NCBI GenBank assembly: GCA_046539845.1 | Contig: JBKHGE010000001.1 | Span: 1 to 64,000, forward strand | Length of the DNA: 64,000 bases | Direction: 5' to 3' | Source of the DNA: Desulfonatronovibrionaceae bacterium | GTDB taxonomy: Bacteria; Desulfobacterota; Desulfovibrionia; Desulfovibrionales; Desulfonatronovibrionaceae | Shown here: positions 28,529 through 38,850 of the stretch, in pieces | Layout of the letters: each line of letters begins with the position of its first letter | Position numbering within the stretch: the stretch's first letter is position 1 | Translations under genes and position numbers: made by a program | Notes under the pieces: generated by a model | What the model was told of the DNA's origin: nothing | The model's input: only the letters and a program-made list of their open reading frames with translations | Database searches by the model: none

Positions 28529-29449
28529 TCAATCCCCGAGACCGAGGGACTGCAGAAGAGAGCGGTTCTCGGTCCATTTCGGTTTCACCTTGACCCACAG
28601 CCCCAGATAGACCTTCTTCCCCAAAAGTTCCTCCGCCTCTTCTCTGGCCAGGGTCCCGATATGTTTAAGGGCCGCACCTTTGTGCCCGATGACAATCGGT
28701 TTGTGCCCGGACTTGGCAACCAGGATAATGGCCTCGACCCGAACCAGGTCATCATCCTCGTCCCAGGACTCGATCTGCACGGCAACATTATACGGCAGCT
28801 CTTTGTCCAAATTCAAGAACAGTTTTTCCCGGATGATTTCAGAAACCATGAACTTGACCGGGAGGGTGGACAACTGGTCATCGGGGTACATGGCTGCTCC
28901 GGAGGGGAGGAGTCCGCGCATGCGCCCCAGTACCTCTTCCGTGCCCTCCCCGCGCATGGCGCTGATCGGAAATATCTCCGCCTCGTTCCACTCTTTTTGC
29001 ACCCGGTGCATTATCGGCAAAAGATCCTTTTTGTCCCCCACGAGATCGCATTTGTTCAGAGCTATAACCCGCGGCGATCCGACGCTCGCCAGGCTTGCGG
29101 ACAAGAGCTTCAGATCCGCCTCCAGCTTGCGGGGTTTATGCACATACATCTGCGCATCCAGAAATAAGAGCACCGCGTCTGCCGCCATGAGCCCGCTTCT
29201 GGCCGAACGCAGCATGAACTCGTTCATCCGGCCCTTGTGGGCATGTATGCCGGGCGTGTCCAAAAATACGGCCTGCATATCCTCCCGGGTTAGAATTCCG
29301 GTGACCCGATTGCGTGTGGTCTGGGGCTTGGGGCTGACAATGGCTATCTTCCCGCCGATCACCTGATTCAAAAAAGTGGATTTTCCGGCGTTGGGCGGCC
29401 CTATAAGGGCAATCACCCCAAAACAAAAATCCGGTTCATTGTGCTTCAT
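28529..29449 (-). CDS. era: GTPase Era
   Basis: GPPNAGKST, PQTTR, DTPG, NKCD, KH domain VIGHKG. Confidence 0.96.
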   Translation of the reverse strand: MKHNEPDFCFGVIALIGPPNAGKSTFLNQVIGGKIAIVSPKPQTTRNRVTGILTREDMQAVFLDTPGIHAHKGRMNEFMLRSARSGLMAADAVLLFLDAQMYVHKPRKLEADLKLLSASLASVGSPRVIALNKCDLVGDKKDLLPIMHRVQKEWNEAEIFPISAMRGEGTEEVLGRMRGLLPSGAAMYPDDQLSTLPVKFMVSEIIREKLFLNLDKELPYNVAVQIESWDEDDDLVRVEAIILVAKSGHKPIVIGHKGAALKHIGTLAREEAEELLGKKVYLGLWVKVKPKWTENRSLLQSLGLGD

Positions 29450-32028
29450 CCTTTTTCCTCTTTACATTCTTGGTTCGCCTGCAGTTTACTATGCAAAGAC
29501 CCTTCGAGGACAAAAAACTGCTCTGTCTTCACCACCCGCGCCTTTTGCAGGCTGAAACCCTTAAAAACGCTCTGCAGGAAGAAAAGCGGGCTTATGTATT
29601 CTTCGCTCCAGTCAAAATCAAGGACAAGTTCGGAGCCGTTCAATTCATATCCCCGAACCAGAGGGCGCAGGTCCACATTCCTTATCTTTTTCTTGCCCTG
29701 TTTTTGGACCCGGAAGCAGGGGCTACTTACAAACACCTGCCAGTCTTCCTCCAAGGCCCGGGTCAGAAAAGGATAGAACTCTATTTTGTATCTCTCCCCC
29801 AGGGGCTGGGATTGGCGTTTGCCAATGGTCAGGGCTTCCATGTGATACATCTTTAATCCGGAGGGCAGATTTTCGTTCACTGCCGGCAGGATCTCTTTCT
29901 CCTCCAGTCCGCGGCGAAAAAACACATTCACCCACTCGGACAGGCTCTCCACACCCACAGGAACGGCCCGGCCAAAGGAAAACAAAGGGAGTGGATGAAA
30001 CCCTTGGGAAAAAGTCACCGGCAGACTGGCCCGCCGCATGGCCCGGTCCAGCACTTTTTGCATCTCTAGTTGACTCAGCCAGCGGCACTCCCTGGTTTTT
30101 GAATACCAGATCCGCACATGCGCCCCCTTGCAGGAGGGATCGGCTTCCTGCTCCGGTCCGGCACCGGACATATCTTCTTCCGGGATCTGCGGGGCAAAAA
30201 CCGGTTCTATACGCATATGTTCGGCCTGGCCGGACAAGAGGGAACTCCGGTCCCGCAGGTTGCACACCCCGCATCCAGAGCACCCGGAGTCTCGGCAATC
30301 CGGAGTCACGACCTCCTGATATGCCCGCCGCCTTTCCGCGAGCAGAAAGGACTTGGATACTCCGGAGAGCAGGTGATCCCAGGGCAACTCCTCTTCCGGC
30401 TCCCGGGGCCGGAGATAGTCCATCACCCGGAGGCCGCATTCGGAAAACAGAGCAAGCCAGTCCTTAAACCGGAGACAATCACTCCAGCTGGAGAAAAAAA
30501 GACCCCGCTGAAACGCCTCTTGCAGCACCAAAGCCAGTTCCCGTCCCCCCCGGGAAAATACCCCCTCCAGAGTGCTCATTTCCGGATCCTGCCATTTCAG
30601 GCTGAGCCATTTAAAGGGTTTGGTTATCTCCTGTAGGTAGGCCAGCCGTTCCTTGGCCTCCTCCGGGCCTAACTGCCCCTCCCACTGAAACGGGGTATGG
30701 GTCTTGGGGACAAAAGGAGAGATGGACGCGGTTATGTGCACCCGCCCGGACCGGCTTCCGGCTGATTCGCGTACCCTGCGGCAGGTCTCCAGGATACCGT
30801 CCAGGTCTTCTTTCTGTTCCGTGGGCAGGCCGAGCATGAAATAGAGCTTAATGGAGTTCCAGCCCAGTGCAAAGAGCTTTGCGGTGTGCGTTAACAACTC
30901 CTCTTCCTCGATTCCCTTGTTAATGACTTTCCGCAGCCTGACAGTGCCTGCTTCAGGGGCTATCGTAGCCCCGGTGTGTCTAATGCTGGCCATAAGCCGC
31001 ATAAGGTCCTCGTTTACCGATCCGGCCCGAAGCGAAGGCAAAGCCAGAGAAACCTGCTCCCGGGTGCAGCGCTCGTACACGGCGTGAAAAAGATGGTTAA
31101 GTCGCGAGTAATCCCCGGTACTCAGGGATAAAAAGGAGAGTTCCTCAAAGCCGGTTCGGTTCAAACCGGCCTCCACCAAGGCAAGGAGCTTATCCTGACT
31201 CCGCTCCCGCACCGGCCTGTAGGTCATGCCCGCGTGACAGAACCGGCACCCGCGGGTACATCCACGGGCTACCTCCACGCTCAAGCGATCGTGGACCGGC
31301 CGGCCGAAAGGCACGACTTGCTCTTCAGGGAAAGGGCAGTCGTTCAGATCAGGGACAACCGCCTTCTCTACCCGGGTGTATCCCGGATACAGCGCTCGCA
31401 ATGATCCCGACGCATCCGGGGCGAAAAAAGACGGGACATAAACGCCCGGTAGGCTGCTGAGCCTGGCCAGGACATCCCACTTCGACGCCCCCTCTTCCTT
31501 GGCCCGGCACAGTACATGTGCCGTCTCGGGCAGGGTCTGTTCGCCGTCACCCAGGACCATAAAATCAAAGAACTCGGCCACTGGCTCGGCATTAAATACC
31601 GCTCCGCCGCCGGCCGCGACCAGGGGAAAAGTATGCTCCCGGTGCGCCGCCTCCAGCGGGATCCCGGCCAAATCCAGCATGTATAAGACATTGGTGTAGC
31701 AGAGCTCATGGGTCAGGCTGAAAGCGACCAGATCCAAAGCGGTCAAAGGGGTGTCCGATTCCAGGGAAGCCAAAGGAGCGCGGCTTAGCCGCATAACCGA
31801 GGCCGCCTCTGTAGACGGGGCAAAAACCCGCTCCGCCCAGAACTCCTTCTCCCTATTCAAAAGATTGTACAGTATCTTCTGGCCGCAATAGGACATCCCG
31901 ATCTCGTAGACGTCCGGAAAGGCCAGGGCAATGCGCAGGCAGACTTCGGCCGGGTCCTTGTGCACCGCATTCACTTCGTTGCCCAGATAATGACTGGGCC
32001 GGGGGAAACTGGGGATAAGCTCTTTCAT
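29446..32028 (-). CDS. Radical SAM protein (TIGR03960-like) fused to C-terminal radical SAM-linked (TIGR03936-like) domain
   Basis: FPDVYEIGMS, RGCTRGCRFC, PFVPKTHTPFQW; C-terminal FSQGFHPLP..SFGRAVPVGVES. Confidence 0.85.
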   Translation of the reverse strand: MKELIPSFPRPSHYLGNEVNAVHKDPAEVCLRIALAFPDVYEIGMSYCGQKILYNLLNREKEFWAERVFAPSTEAASVMRLSRAPLASLESDTPLTALDLVAFSLTHELCYTNVLYMLDLAGIPLEAAHREHTFPLVAAGGGAVFNAEPVAEFFDFMVLGDGEQTLPETAHVLCRAKEEGASKWDVLARLSSLPGVYVPSFFAPDASGSLRALYPGYTRVEKAVVPDLNDCPFPEEQVVPFGRPVHDRLSVEVARGCTRGCRFCHAGMTYRPVRERSQDKLLALVEAGLNRTGFEELSFLSLSTGDYSRLNHLFHAVYERCTREQVSLALPSLRAGSVNEDLMRLMASIRHTGATIAPEAGTVRLRKVINKGIEEEELLTHTAKLFALGWNSIKLYFMLGLPTEQKEDLDGILETCRRVRESAGSRSGRVHITASISPFVPKTHTPFQWEGQLGPEEAKERLAYLQEITKPFKWLSLKWQDPEMSTLEGVFSRGGRELALVLQEAFQRGLFFSSWSDCLRFKDWLALFSECGLRVMDYLRPREPEEELPWDHLLSGVSKSFLLAERRRAYQEVVTPDCRDSGCSGCGVCNLRDRSSLLSGQAEHMRIEPVFAPQIPEEDMSGAGPEQEADPSCKGAHVRIWYSKTRECRWLSQLEMQKVLDRAMRRASLPVTFSQGFHPLPLFSFGRAVPVGVESLSEWVNVFFRRGLEEKEILPAVNENLPSGLKMYHMEALTIGKRQSQPLGERYKIEFYPFLTRALEEDWQVFVSSPCFRVQKQGKKKIRNVDLRPLVRGYELNGSELVLDFDWSEEYISPLFFLQSVFKGFSLQKARVVKTEQFFVLEGSLHSKLQANQECKEEKG

Positions 32029-32089
32029 CTTCTTCTTGTATATAGATTGTTTGCCCCAAGGGTTTTTAGCTGCAGGCCGGGAAAAATAA

Positions 32090-32115
32090 ACGGGCAGGCC
32101 CTCGGACCTGCCCGT
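32090..32115 (-). terminator. Intrinsic terminator
   Basis: ACGGGCAGG/CCTGCCCGT stem followed by T-rich run on minus strand. Confidence 0.7.
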
Positions 32116-32168
32116 CTGCCAGTCTTTCTCAAGACATCGCCTCTTTGTGCAACTATCCGGCTTTGCAC

Positions 32169-32522
32169 CTATTTCAAGAACTTGCTCATATCGGAAATAT
32201 TACCCCCGCCAGCCAGGTTCTCCAAATTTTTCAGGTCCCCGGCCGATGAAATGGTCAGATTGCTCGAGGCCTCGGTATATTTGTCCAGCAATTCCTGGGG
32301 CACACTCTGATATTCGTACAGGATATGCCTGCCCTCGATCTCTCCGCCGATTTCGTTGTCAAACGGATATCCGAAAGGCAAAAGGGCCATCTGGACCCCC
32401 CCCTGCTGAGTGGGGAGCATCTGCAGGTTGGCGGGATCCTTTATCTTGTCGCTCTCCGCGTCCCATTTGCCCAGAGCCATATCCCCGTTTACCAATTTGA
32501 ACAGCTTAATATCCCAACTCAT
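32169..32522 (-). CDS. Hypothetical protein, 117 aa
   Basis: Strong SD AAGGAGG, own terminator, coherent ORF. Confidence 0.8.
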   Translation of the reverse strand: MSWDIKLFKLVNGDMALGKWDAESDKIKDPANLQMLPTQQGGVQMALLPFGYPFDNEIGGEIEGRHILYEYQSVPQELLDKYTEASSNLTISSAGDLKNLENLAGGGNISDMSKFLK

Positions 32523-32643
32523 TGTTATTCCTCCTTGAACAAATTATCCTAAAACTATCCTTGAAACTATTGAACTTAATTCCTGGATTTTATACTGTCA
32601 AGAACAGCCTAGGACGGGCTTAACCCGCAAACCGGAGCTGCCT

Positions 32644-33195
32644 ATGAATCCACTGGATATTTTTTTCATCGCTGTAGTGGCCTTTTTCTTTTTCCGGGGC
32701 CTGTTTAGGGGTTTGGTTCAGGAAATTTCCTCTATCGTTGGACTGATCCTGGGTTTTTTCCTGGCCAACACCTATTACGAACGACTTGTCCCCTCGCTGG
32801 AAAAGCTGATCAATAATCCGGATTACGCGGCCATCGCCAGCTACCTATTGATCTTTTTCGGGACCATGTTCGGGGTCCTCTTGGTGAGCGTGGCCCTGCG
32901 CAGCCTTCTCAGGTTGGCCATGCTGGGATGGCTGGACAGAGTTGGCGGGGGGGGACTGGGTTTGCTGAAGGCGACGTTGATCTGCAGTATTACCCTGCTC
33001 ATTTTGACCACCTTTATGCCCTCGGATACCGGCTTTATCCGTCAATCCCGTCTGGCCCCGTATATAAATCAGATGAACAAGAGTATAGTCCGGCTTATGC
33101 CTTCCGATCTCAAAGAGCGTTTCCGGGACAAGCTCTCTGAATTCGACTCTTTTTGGGACAAGGACTGGATTAAAAAGAGAAAACCACAAGGATAA
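32644..33195 (+). CDS. cvpA: CvpA family membrane protein
   Basis: MNPLD..RGLFRGLVQE, LDRVGGGGLGLLKA. Confidence 0.88.
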   Translation: MNPLDIFFIAVVAFFFFRGLFRGLVQEISSIVGLILGFFLANTYYERLVPSLEKLINNPDYAAIASYLLIFFGTMFGVLLVSVALRSLLRLAMLGWLDRVGGGGLGLLKATLICSITLLILTTFMPSDTGFIRQSRLAPYINQMNKSIVRLMPSDLKERFRDKLSEFDSFWDKDWIKKRKPQG

Positions 33196-33201
33196 TTCGA
33201 A

Positions 33202-33954
33202 TTGACCCCATCGCTGAACAATTTACTGGCAGTAATCGACAAACTGACCGGCCCGGAGGGATGCCCCTGGGACCGGGCCCAGACCCCGCAGACCCTTTGC
33301 GACTATCTTGTCGAGGAAGTCTATGAGCTGATCGCGTCCATCCGGGCTGAAGACGCGGCCGGAGTAGAGGAAGAGATGGGGGACGTCTTTTTCCTCCTCT
33401 TTTTTATCTCCCGACTGTACTGGGGAAAAATCAGCCTGGACCGGGTCTGGGACAAGGCCGCGGCCAAGATGGTCGGCAGGCATCCGCACGTGTTCGCGGA
33501 GGCCCGGATCAAAGACCAGGAAGAGTTGATCGCCACCTGGGAGCGGATCAAAAAAAATGAGCAGGGGAAAGACGGGTCCTCGGGCCCTTTCGACTCTCTG
33601 CCAGCAGACCTGCCTCCCCTGCTTAAAGCGTACAGGATTAACTCCAAGGCCGCCAGGACTGGATTCACCTGGACCGACACCCATGGAGTCGAAGACAAGC
33701 TGCGCGAGGAATGGCAGGAGTGGAAAGATGCCCTGGCCCGCGGGGACCAATGCGAGATGGAGGAGGAATTCGGGGACTACCTGTTTGCTCTGACCGAATA
33801 CGCCAGGCGGCAAAAAATTAAGCCCAATACCGCTCTGGACAAGGCCAATCACAAATTTTTAAGGCGCTTCAGAGAAATGGAAGGGCTGGCCGGGGGAGAA
33901 ATGTCTGGACTGAGCATGGAAGAAAAAGAGGAGCTCTGGCGCCGGACCGGATAG
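33202..33954 (+). CDS. mazG: Nucleoside triphosphate pyrophosphohydrolase
   Basis: GCPWDRAQT, EEVYE, EEMGD, RHPHVF, EEFGD. Confidence 0.93.
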   Translation: MTPSLNNLLAVIDKLTGPEGCPWDRAQTPQTLCDYLVEEVYELIASIRAEDAAGVEEEMGDVFFLLFFISRLYWGKISLDRVWDKAAAKMVGRHPHVFAEARIKDQEELIATWERIKKNEQGKDGSSGPFDSLPADLPPLLKAYRINSKAARTGFTWTDTHGVEDKLREEWQEWKDALARGDQCEMEEEFGDYLFALTEYARRQKIKPNTALDKANHKFLRRFREMEGLAGGEMSGLSMEEKEELWRRTG

Positions 33955-33965
33955 AAGCAAACTTT

Positions 33966-34640
33966 TTATCCACCCCCGGGATCGACCTCCAGACAGGTCA
34001 GAATCCGGGCCAACACCTCTTGAACATCCTTGTCTCCAGTATCAATGACGTAGGCGTCAGAAGCGGGCTTCAGCGGGGCTGCCTTTCGATTGCGGTCCTG
34101 CTCGTCCCGTTTTTGTATGGATTCTAGAAGCCCTTCAAAATCAACCGGTCGTCCCATCTCCGCCAACTGGACCTGTCTGCGCTTTGCCCGAACCCGGGGC
34201 GAGGCATGAAGAAAGAATTTGGCAGATGCCTTGGGGAAAACAACCGTACCCATATCCCGGCCTTCGGCAACCAGGGAGGCCCTTTCCCCCAGCCTTTGCT
34301 GCGCGCCTTTCAAAAAATCGCGGACCACAGGCAGCCGGGCCATATCCGAAGCCCGCATCCCGATTTCCTCGGTCCGAATCCGGTCATCCAAAGGCACGCC
34401 GTTTAGGAGCATGAGTGTATCCCTGCCCGAACCGCACAGGCTAAACTCCATTTTGTCCAAAATAGCCGCCAAACGCTCCGGGCGGCGCTCCCAGTCCACT
34501 GCAGCGGCGAACCAAGCCACCCCCCGGTACATGGCCCCGGTGTCCATATAGGCGATCTTCAGGTGTCCGGCTGTCTTGCGGGCCAGAGTGGTCTTGCCCA
34601 CCCCAGCCGGACCGTCAATGGTTATTATTCGCGTTTTCAT
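33966..34640 (-). CDS. cmk: Cytidylate kinase
   Basis: IDGPAGVGKT, DTGAMYR, EGRDMGTVVFP. Confidence 0.95.
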   Translation of the reverse strand: MKTRIITIDGPAGVGKTTLARKTAGHLKIAYMDTGAMYRGVAWFAAAVDWERRPERLAAILDKMEFSLCGSGRDTLMLLNGVPLDDRIRTEEIGMRASDMARLPVVRDFLKGAQQRLGERASLVAEGRDMGTVVFPKASAKFFLHASPRVRAKRRQVQLAEMGRPVDFEGLLESIQKRDEQDRNRKAAPLKPASDAYVIDTGDKDVQEVLARILTCLEVDPGGG

Positions 34641-35733
34641 GCACGATCTCTTTCAGGGCGGAAACAAAGGCCCTGTTCTCCCGTTTGTTGCCCACGCTCA
34701 CCCGAAGCGAATCATCCAAACCGTAACTTCCCAGCGGCCGGACAATAATCCCGCGTTCAAGGAGTCCAGAAAACACCGCTTTCGCACTTGCCGGAGGGGC
34801 AAACATCAAAAAATTGGCCTGGGAGGGCCACACACGGCAGCCCAGGTCCTGGAGCTCGCGGGTCAGATGCTTTCTGCCGGTCAAAACCGCATCCCGGGTG
34901 GCGGCGTAAAAATCCTCGTCTCTTAAGGCGGCAACACCTGCTTTTTCCGCCAGGATATTCACGCTGAAGGGGAGCCTGATTCGGCGCAGATATTTGGCCA
35001 GCTCCGCAGACATCACCCCGTAGCCCAACCTGAGACCGGCCAGACCGAACAGTTTGGAAAAGGTCCGGGTGACCACCACATTCTCTAGCTCCTGGATGCG
35101 CCCGGCCAGACACACCCTGTCCTGATCGCGGACAAAGTCCGCATATGCCTCGTCCAGGATAAGTACTGCCCGCGGGGGCAAGCGTTTGGCGAATTCTATT
35201 ATCTCCCGGGCCCTGGCGCAGTAACCGGAAGGATTGTCCGGGTTGGTGACAAAGACGATCTTTGTATTTTCATCAGTCAAAGCGAGCAGGCCTTGCCAGT
35301 CAAAACTCATGTCCGGATTCAGCCCGGCCTGACGGAATTCCACCCCGGCCAGGCATGATTGCAGGGAATAAATGCTGAAGCAGGGTGAGAATGCACAGAC
35401 ATTGTCTCTGCCCGGCCGGGCCAGCACCCGGACCAAGAGATCGATTATCTCGTCCGACCCATTTCCCGGGACTATGCACTCCTTGTCCACACCCAGCCAG
35501 GAAGCGATCTCTGAACACAGGGCAGGACTACCGGAGCGGGGATAGCGAAAAGCAAATCCGGCGTTTTTCTCAATGGCCCGGACTGCCAGTGGAGAGGTGC
35601 CTAGGGGATTCTCATTGCTGGCCATCTTGATGATATTGGTCAGCCCGTATCTCTCTTTTATTTCTGATATGGACAACCCGGGTGAATAGGGCTCAAATTC
35701 CTTTATCTGGGGGACGACTTCAAAACCGGCCAC
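34615..35733 (-). CDS. hisC: Histidinol-phosphate aminotransferase
   Basis: ASNENP, GNGSDE, NPDNPSG, DEAY, RTFSKLFGLAGLRLGY. Confidence 0.93.
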   Translation of the reverse strand: MAGFEVVPQIKEFEPYSPGLSISEIKERYGLTNIIKMASNENPLGTSPLAVRAIEKNAGFAFRYPRSGSPALCSEIASWLGVDKECIVPGNGSDEIIDLLVRVLARPGRDNVCAFSPCFSIYSLQSCLAGVEFRQAGLNPDMSFDWQGLLALTDENTKIVFVTNPDNPSGYCARAREIIEFAKRLPPRAVLILDEAYADFVRDQDRVCLAGRIQELENVVVTRTFSKLFGLAGLRLGYGVMSAELAKYLRRIRLPFSVNILAEKAGVAALRDEDFYAATRDAVLTGRKHLTRELQDLGCRVWPSQANFLMFAPPASAKAVFSGLLERGIIVRPLGSYGLDDSLRVSVGNKRENRAFVSALKEIVHENANNNH

Positions 35734-35920
35734 TATGCTTGGCTCCTTTAAAAGGCCTTGCGGCCTGTTTGTCCGAGAGGCTCGGACCCTTAAACATTGC
35801 TTCTAGGCCTAAATAGTCAGTTAAGCATGCACACCTTGTCCAACACATCCTGAGCAAAAAACTGTTTTTTCTTGCTTGAAAAACCACCATCCGGCCGCTA
35901 TAGCCCTGATCTCCGAGCCT

Positions 35921-35963
35921 CAAAACCAAAGGCAGCCCCGATTCGGGGCTGCCTTTGGTTTTG
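35921..35963. terminator. Long perfect inverted repeat, likely terminator of the pil operon
   Basis: CAAAACCAAAGGCAGCCCCGA-T-TCGGGGCTGCCTTTGGTTTTG. Confidence 0.8.
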
Positions 35964-36071
35964 CAAATACCGGATACGTCTTTTCTAAGGTATGGAGTAT
36001 ATAATCGAAACCGCTGTTTATCTCTAACTTCGAGTCCCCTTGCTTACGGGTTTTGGCCGTATAGTTCAGGA

Positions 36072-38327
36072 CTACATGATTGTGGGGCGGATAAAGATCA
36101 AAAGCTCGTCTTTTCTGTCCTGTTTATACTCGCTCTTAAACAGCCAACCCAAAAGGGGCACATCCCCGATGCCGGGCACCTTGCTTTCGTCCTCGTTTCT
36201 CTCAATCTTTCTGACCCCGCCGAGGACCAGGGTCTCGCCATCGTCTACGATCAGCTTGGTCTGGGCGGACTTGGTCTCGATGTCTCCGTCTCCGGCCGGG
36301 CTATCGTCGCTCACCTCCAGCTCCAAAATGAGCTTGTCGTCCGGGGTGATCTGAGGGGTCACCTTAAGGGACAAGACCGCCTCCACATACTCCACGGTTG
36401 TTCCCCCGCTCTCGGACTCGGTATCCGCCCTGATCTGCGTGCCCTGCACAATCTCGGCCTCTTCATTATTTAGGGTCATTACCCGGGGGGAGGATACGGT
36501 CCGGGAAACCCCCTGAGATTCTCCAAGCTGCAGTTCGGCATCCAGGGTGAAAAGATCCAGCCCGGCGATCTTGGCTATTGATCCGGCCACGTCCAGCCCG
36601 CCCACAGTAGGGGTATTCACCCCGGAAGTATCCACGGCCATGCCCTTTTGATACTGGCCCTCAGTGTATGCCGAAGGATAGCTGGGGTCTCCGGTACTCG
36701 GATTAATGCTCGGGCCCTGATTGCCGCCCTGATAGGACTGAGTGGGATAAAGGGCGCCCCAGTTGACTCCCAGACTCCTGCTGAATTCGTCAGTGGCGTA
36801 TACGATCCTGGCCTCGATCAGGACCTGCCTCTCAGGCTGGTCCAATTTTTGGACCACGGATTTTATCTTTTCCAGATTGGAGCGGACATCGGAGACGATC
36901 AGCATGTTAGACCGGGGGTCATGGCTTATTTTACCCCGTTCGGACAAAAACTCCTGGACCTGGGGCTGCATCTCCTTGGCCTTGGCGTAGTTGATCTGGA
37001 CATATTCGGTTTTTAGCTCCTCGTGCTCCTCCATACTCTTTTTGGCCTGCATCTCGGCCTCCCGGGAACGTCTCATCTGGGCCAATTCCTGCTCCCTTTT
37101 ATCCACAGAGGTGATGCGTAGAATATTACCCTTTTGAATTTTGACCAGACCGCGCTGCAAGAGGACCAGATCCAGGGCCTGCTCCCAGGGTACTTCCACC
37201 AGGCGCAGGGATATACTGCCCTGCACGCTGTCATCTATTATCAGGTTGTAATCCTTTACCGAGGCGATAAGGCGCAGAACATGCTCCACATCCGCGTCCT
37301 GCAGGTCCAAAGATATCTTCTGCCCGGAATATTCCTCCTTCATACCCGGGAAAAGCGTATCATCCTGTTCAGCTCCCTCCTCAACTCCAGCCAGTTCCGA
37401 AGGAGTGGCGTTGACCGCAGCCGCGGCTGCAGTCGCGTTCTCGGTCTTCTCTGCCGCGGCCTTTTTTTGTCCGTTCTCGCTCATAAACACGAACTCAAGC
37501 TCGTTTTCCCCTTTGGAGGCCACTTGCATGGGCACTTTTTCTTCCACGGAGATTACCATGCGGGCGGAGCGGTCCCTGTTCTGGACATGTGCGGACTTTA
37601 GCTGGGATCCGAATTTCTCCAGCCGGTACATCTTGGCCACAGAGGAAGAGGCCTTTGCTCCGGCAAAATCCAGTACAATGCGGTCTTTTGGGCTTTTGAC
37701 CGGCTCACATTCCAGGCCCCCGCTACCGCTGAGCTTAATATGCATAAATCCGTTTTCATCAGCAAAAAAATCAATCCCGGTTATCTCCGAATCCGCTTTT
37801 TGTCCTGCAAACGAATCCTGGATCTCTGTCTCCGGCCCTGGATCTTTGGCCTCATCCGCAGATTTGCCGCTTTTGGCTAGCATAAGCTGCATGCGACCAC
37901 CTCCCGGCCTGGAAAGCAAAAACTGTGTCTCGGACTCCAGGACCACCTCCATCTGGCTGACCTTGTCTTTTCCCTCGGGCTTGAGCCGTATTTCCCGGAT
38001 CAGTTTTGACGTGTCGACATCAGGGAGCTCAAAACGTTCCACTCCCGGGGAGAAATCCAAAACCAGGACATTGTCGCTCATCTCCGGGGATACAGTGACC
38101 TCACTTTTTGCGGGAAAGACAAGGATGTCTCTTTTTTCTTTGACCAGGAGCTCGGATCCGGGCGTACTTTCAGGCTGCTCACCGGGCAGGGAAGCGTTCT
38201 GTTCAGTTTTGTTTTGCAAACCAGCGTCCGGATCTGTCTCCTGCCCGCCGCGGGCAGCACATCCAGCCGCAAACAATGCACAAACAAGGGCCGGGACCAA
38301 AATCGTCTGTTGCATCCACTTAATCAT
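36072..38327 (-). CDS. pilQ: Type IV pilus secretin
   Basis: ISLDLQDAD, VPWEQALD, QVLIEARIV, KVPGIGDVPLLGWLFK; lipobox AAGC; start approximate. Confidence 0.93.
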   Translation of the reverse strand: MIKWMQQTILVPALVCALFAAGCAARGGQETDPDAGLQNKTEQNASLPGEQPESTPGSELLVKEKRDILVFPAKSEVTVSPEMSDNVLVLDFSPGVERFELPDVDTSKLIREIRLKPEGKDKVSQMEVVLESETQFLLSRPGGGRMQLMLAKSGKSADEAKDPGPETEIQDSFAGQKADSEITGIDFFADENGFMHIKLSGSGGLECEPVKSPKDRIVLDFAGAKASSSVAKMYRLEKFGSQLKSAHVQNRDRSARMVISVEEKVPMQVASKGENELEFVFMSENGQKKAAAEKTENATAAAAAVNATPSELAGVEEGAEQDDTLFPGMKEEYSGQKISLDLQDADVEHVLRLIASVKDYNLIIDDSVQGSISLRLVEVPWEQALDLVLLQRGLVKIQKGNILRITSVDKREQELAQMRRSREAEMQAKKSMEEHEELKTEYVQINYAKAKEMQPQVQEFLSERGKISHDPRSNMLIVSDVRSNLEKIKSVVQKLDQPERQVLIEARIVYATDEFSRSLGVNWGALYPTQSYQGGNQGPSINPSTGDPSYPSAYTEGQYQKGMAVDTSGVNTPTVGGLDVAGSIAKIAGLDLFTLDAELQLGESQGVSRTVSSPRVMTLNNEEAEIVQGTQIRADTESESGGTTVEYVEAVLSLKVTPQITPDDKLILELEVSDDSPAGDGDIETKSAQTKLIVDDGETLVLGGVRKIERNEDESKVPGIGDVPLLGWLFKSEYKQDRKDELLIFIRPTIM

Positions 38328-38844
38328 TTTCTTCCTCATCAGTCCGCACCTTAAGTGTAGTATCCTTGTTCTCGGTTTCACCAAGAAAATTTTCAATCTC
38401 TTCCCTGATCACCACCCTGTCCGAGCCGATACGCATAACTATACCCGAATTCTGACCCACACGGTCTCCCTTGCGGAGCATATACCCCTTGCCGTCCGGA
38501 AGTTCGACCAGGGCCTTGGCCTTCTCCGGATTCTGCGGATACCACAAAACCCCCATCAACTTGAGCTGAGAGACCTCCACCCTTTCCAGGGGGGTCAGCG
38601 ACCTTAGACGGGATTCATCCTCTTCGGGCTCCTCGGAGCTTTTGAACATAAAGGGCCGGAAGGGGTCCTTGTCCCGGCTTACTGTATAATGGGACTGGGG
38701 CGGGGAGAACCAATCCAAATCAATGGCCGGGGGCTCACCGCTGTCACCGCTTGCGTTCTGTGCCCGGGCCTGCAACGGGGAAGACCAGATAAGCAGCCCG
38801 GCAAGCAAACACACACAGAAAAATTGAATTATTGACTTTTTCAT
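38320..38844 (-). CDS. pilP: Type IV pilus assembly protein PilP
   Basis: DPFRPF, PLER..QLKLMGV, GDRVGQNSG. Confidence 0.88.
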   Translation of the reverse strand: MKKSIIQFFCVCLLAGLLIWSSPLQARAQNASGDSGEPPAIDLDWFSPPQSHYTVSRDKDPFRPFMFKSSEEPEEDESRLRSLTPLERVEVSQLKLMGVLWYPQNPEKAKALVELPDGKGYMLRKGDRVGQNSGIVMRIGSDRVVIREEIENFLGETENKDTTLKVRTDEEEND

Positions 38845-38850
38845 CCTGCT

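Noticed and set aside
35964..36070. Possible sRNA between pilQ and its terminator
   Set aside because: No recognisable RNA family or promoter; likely 3' UTR
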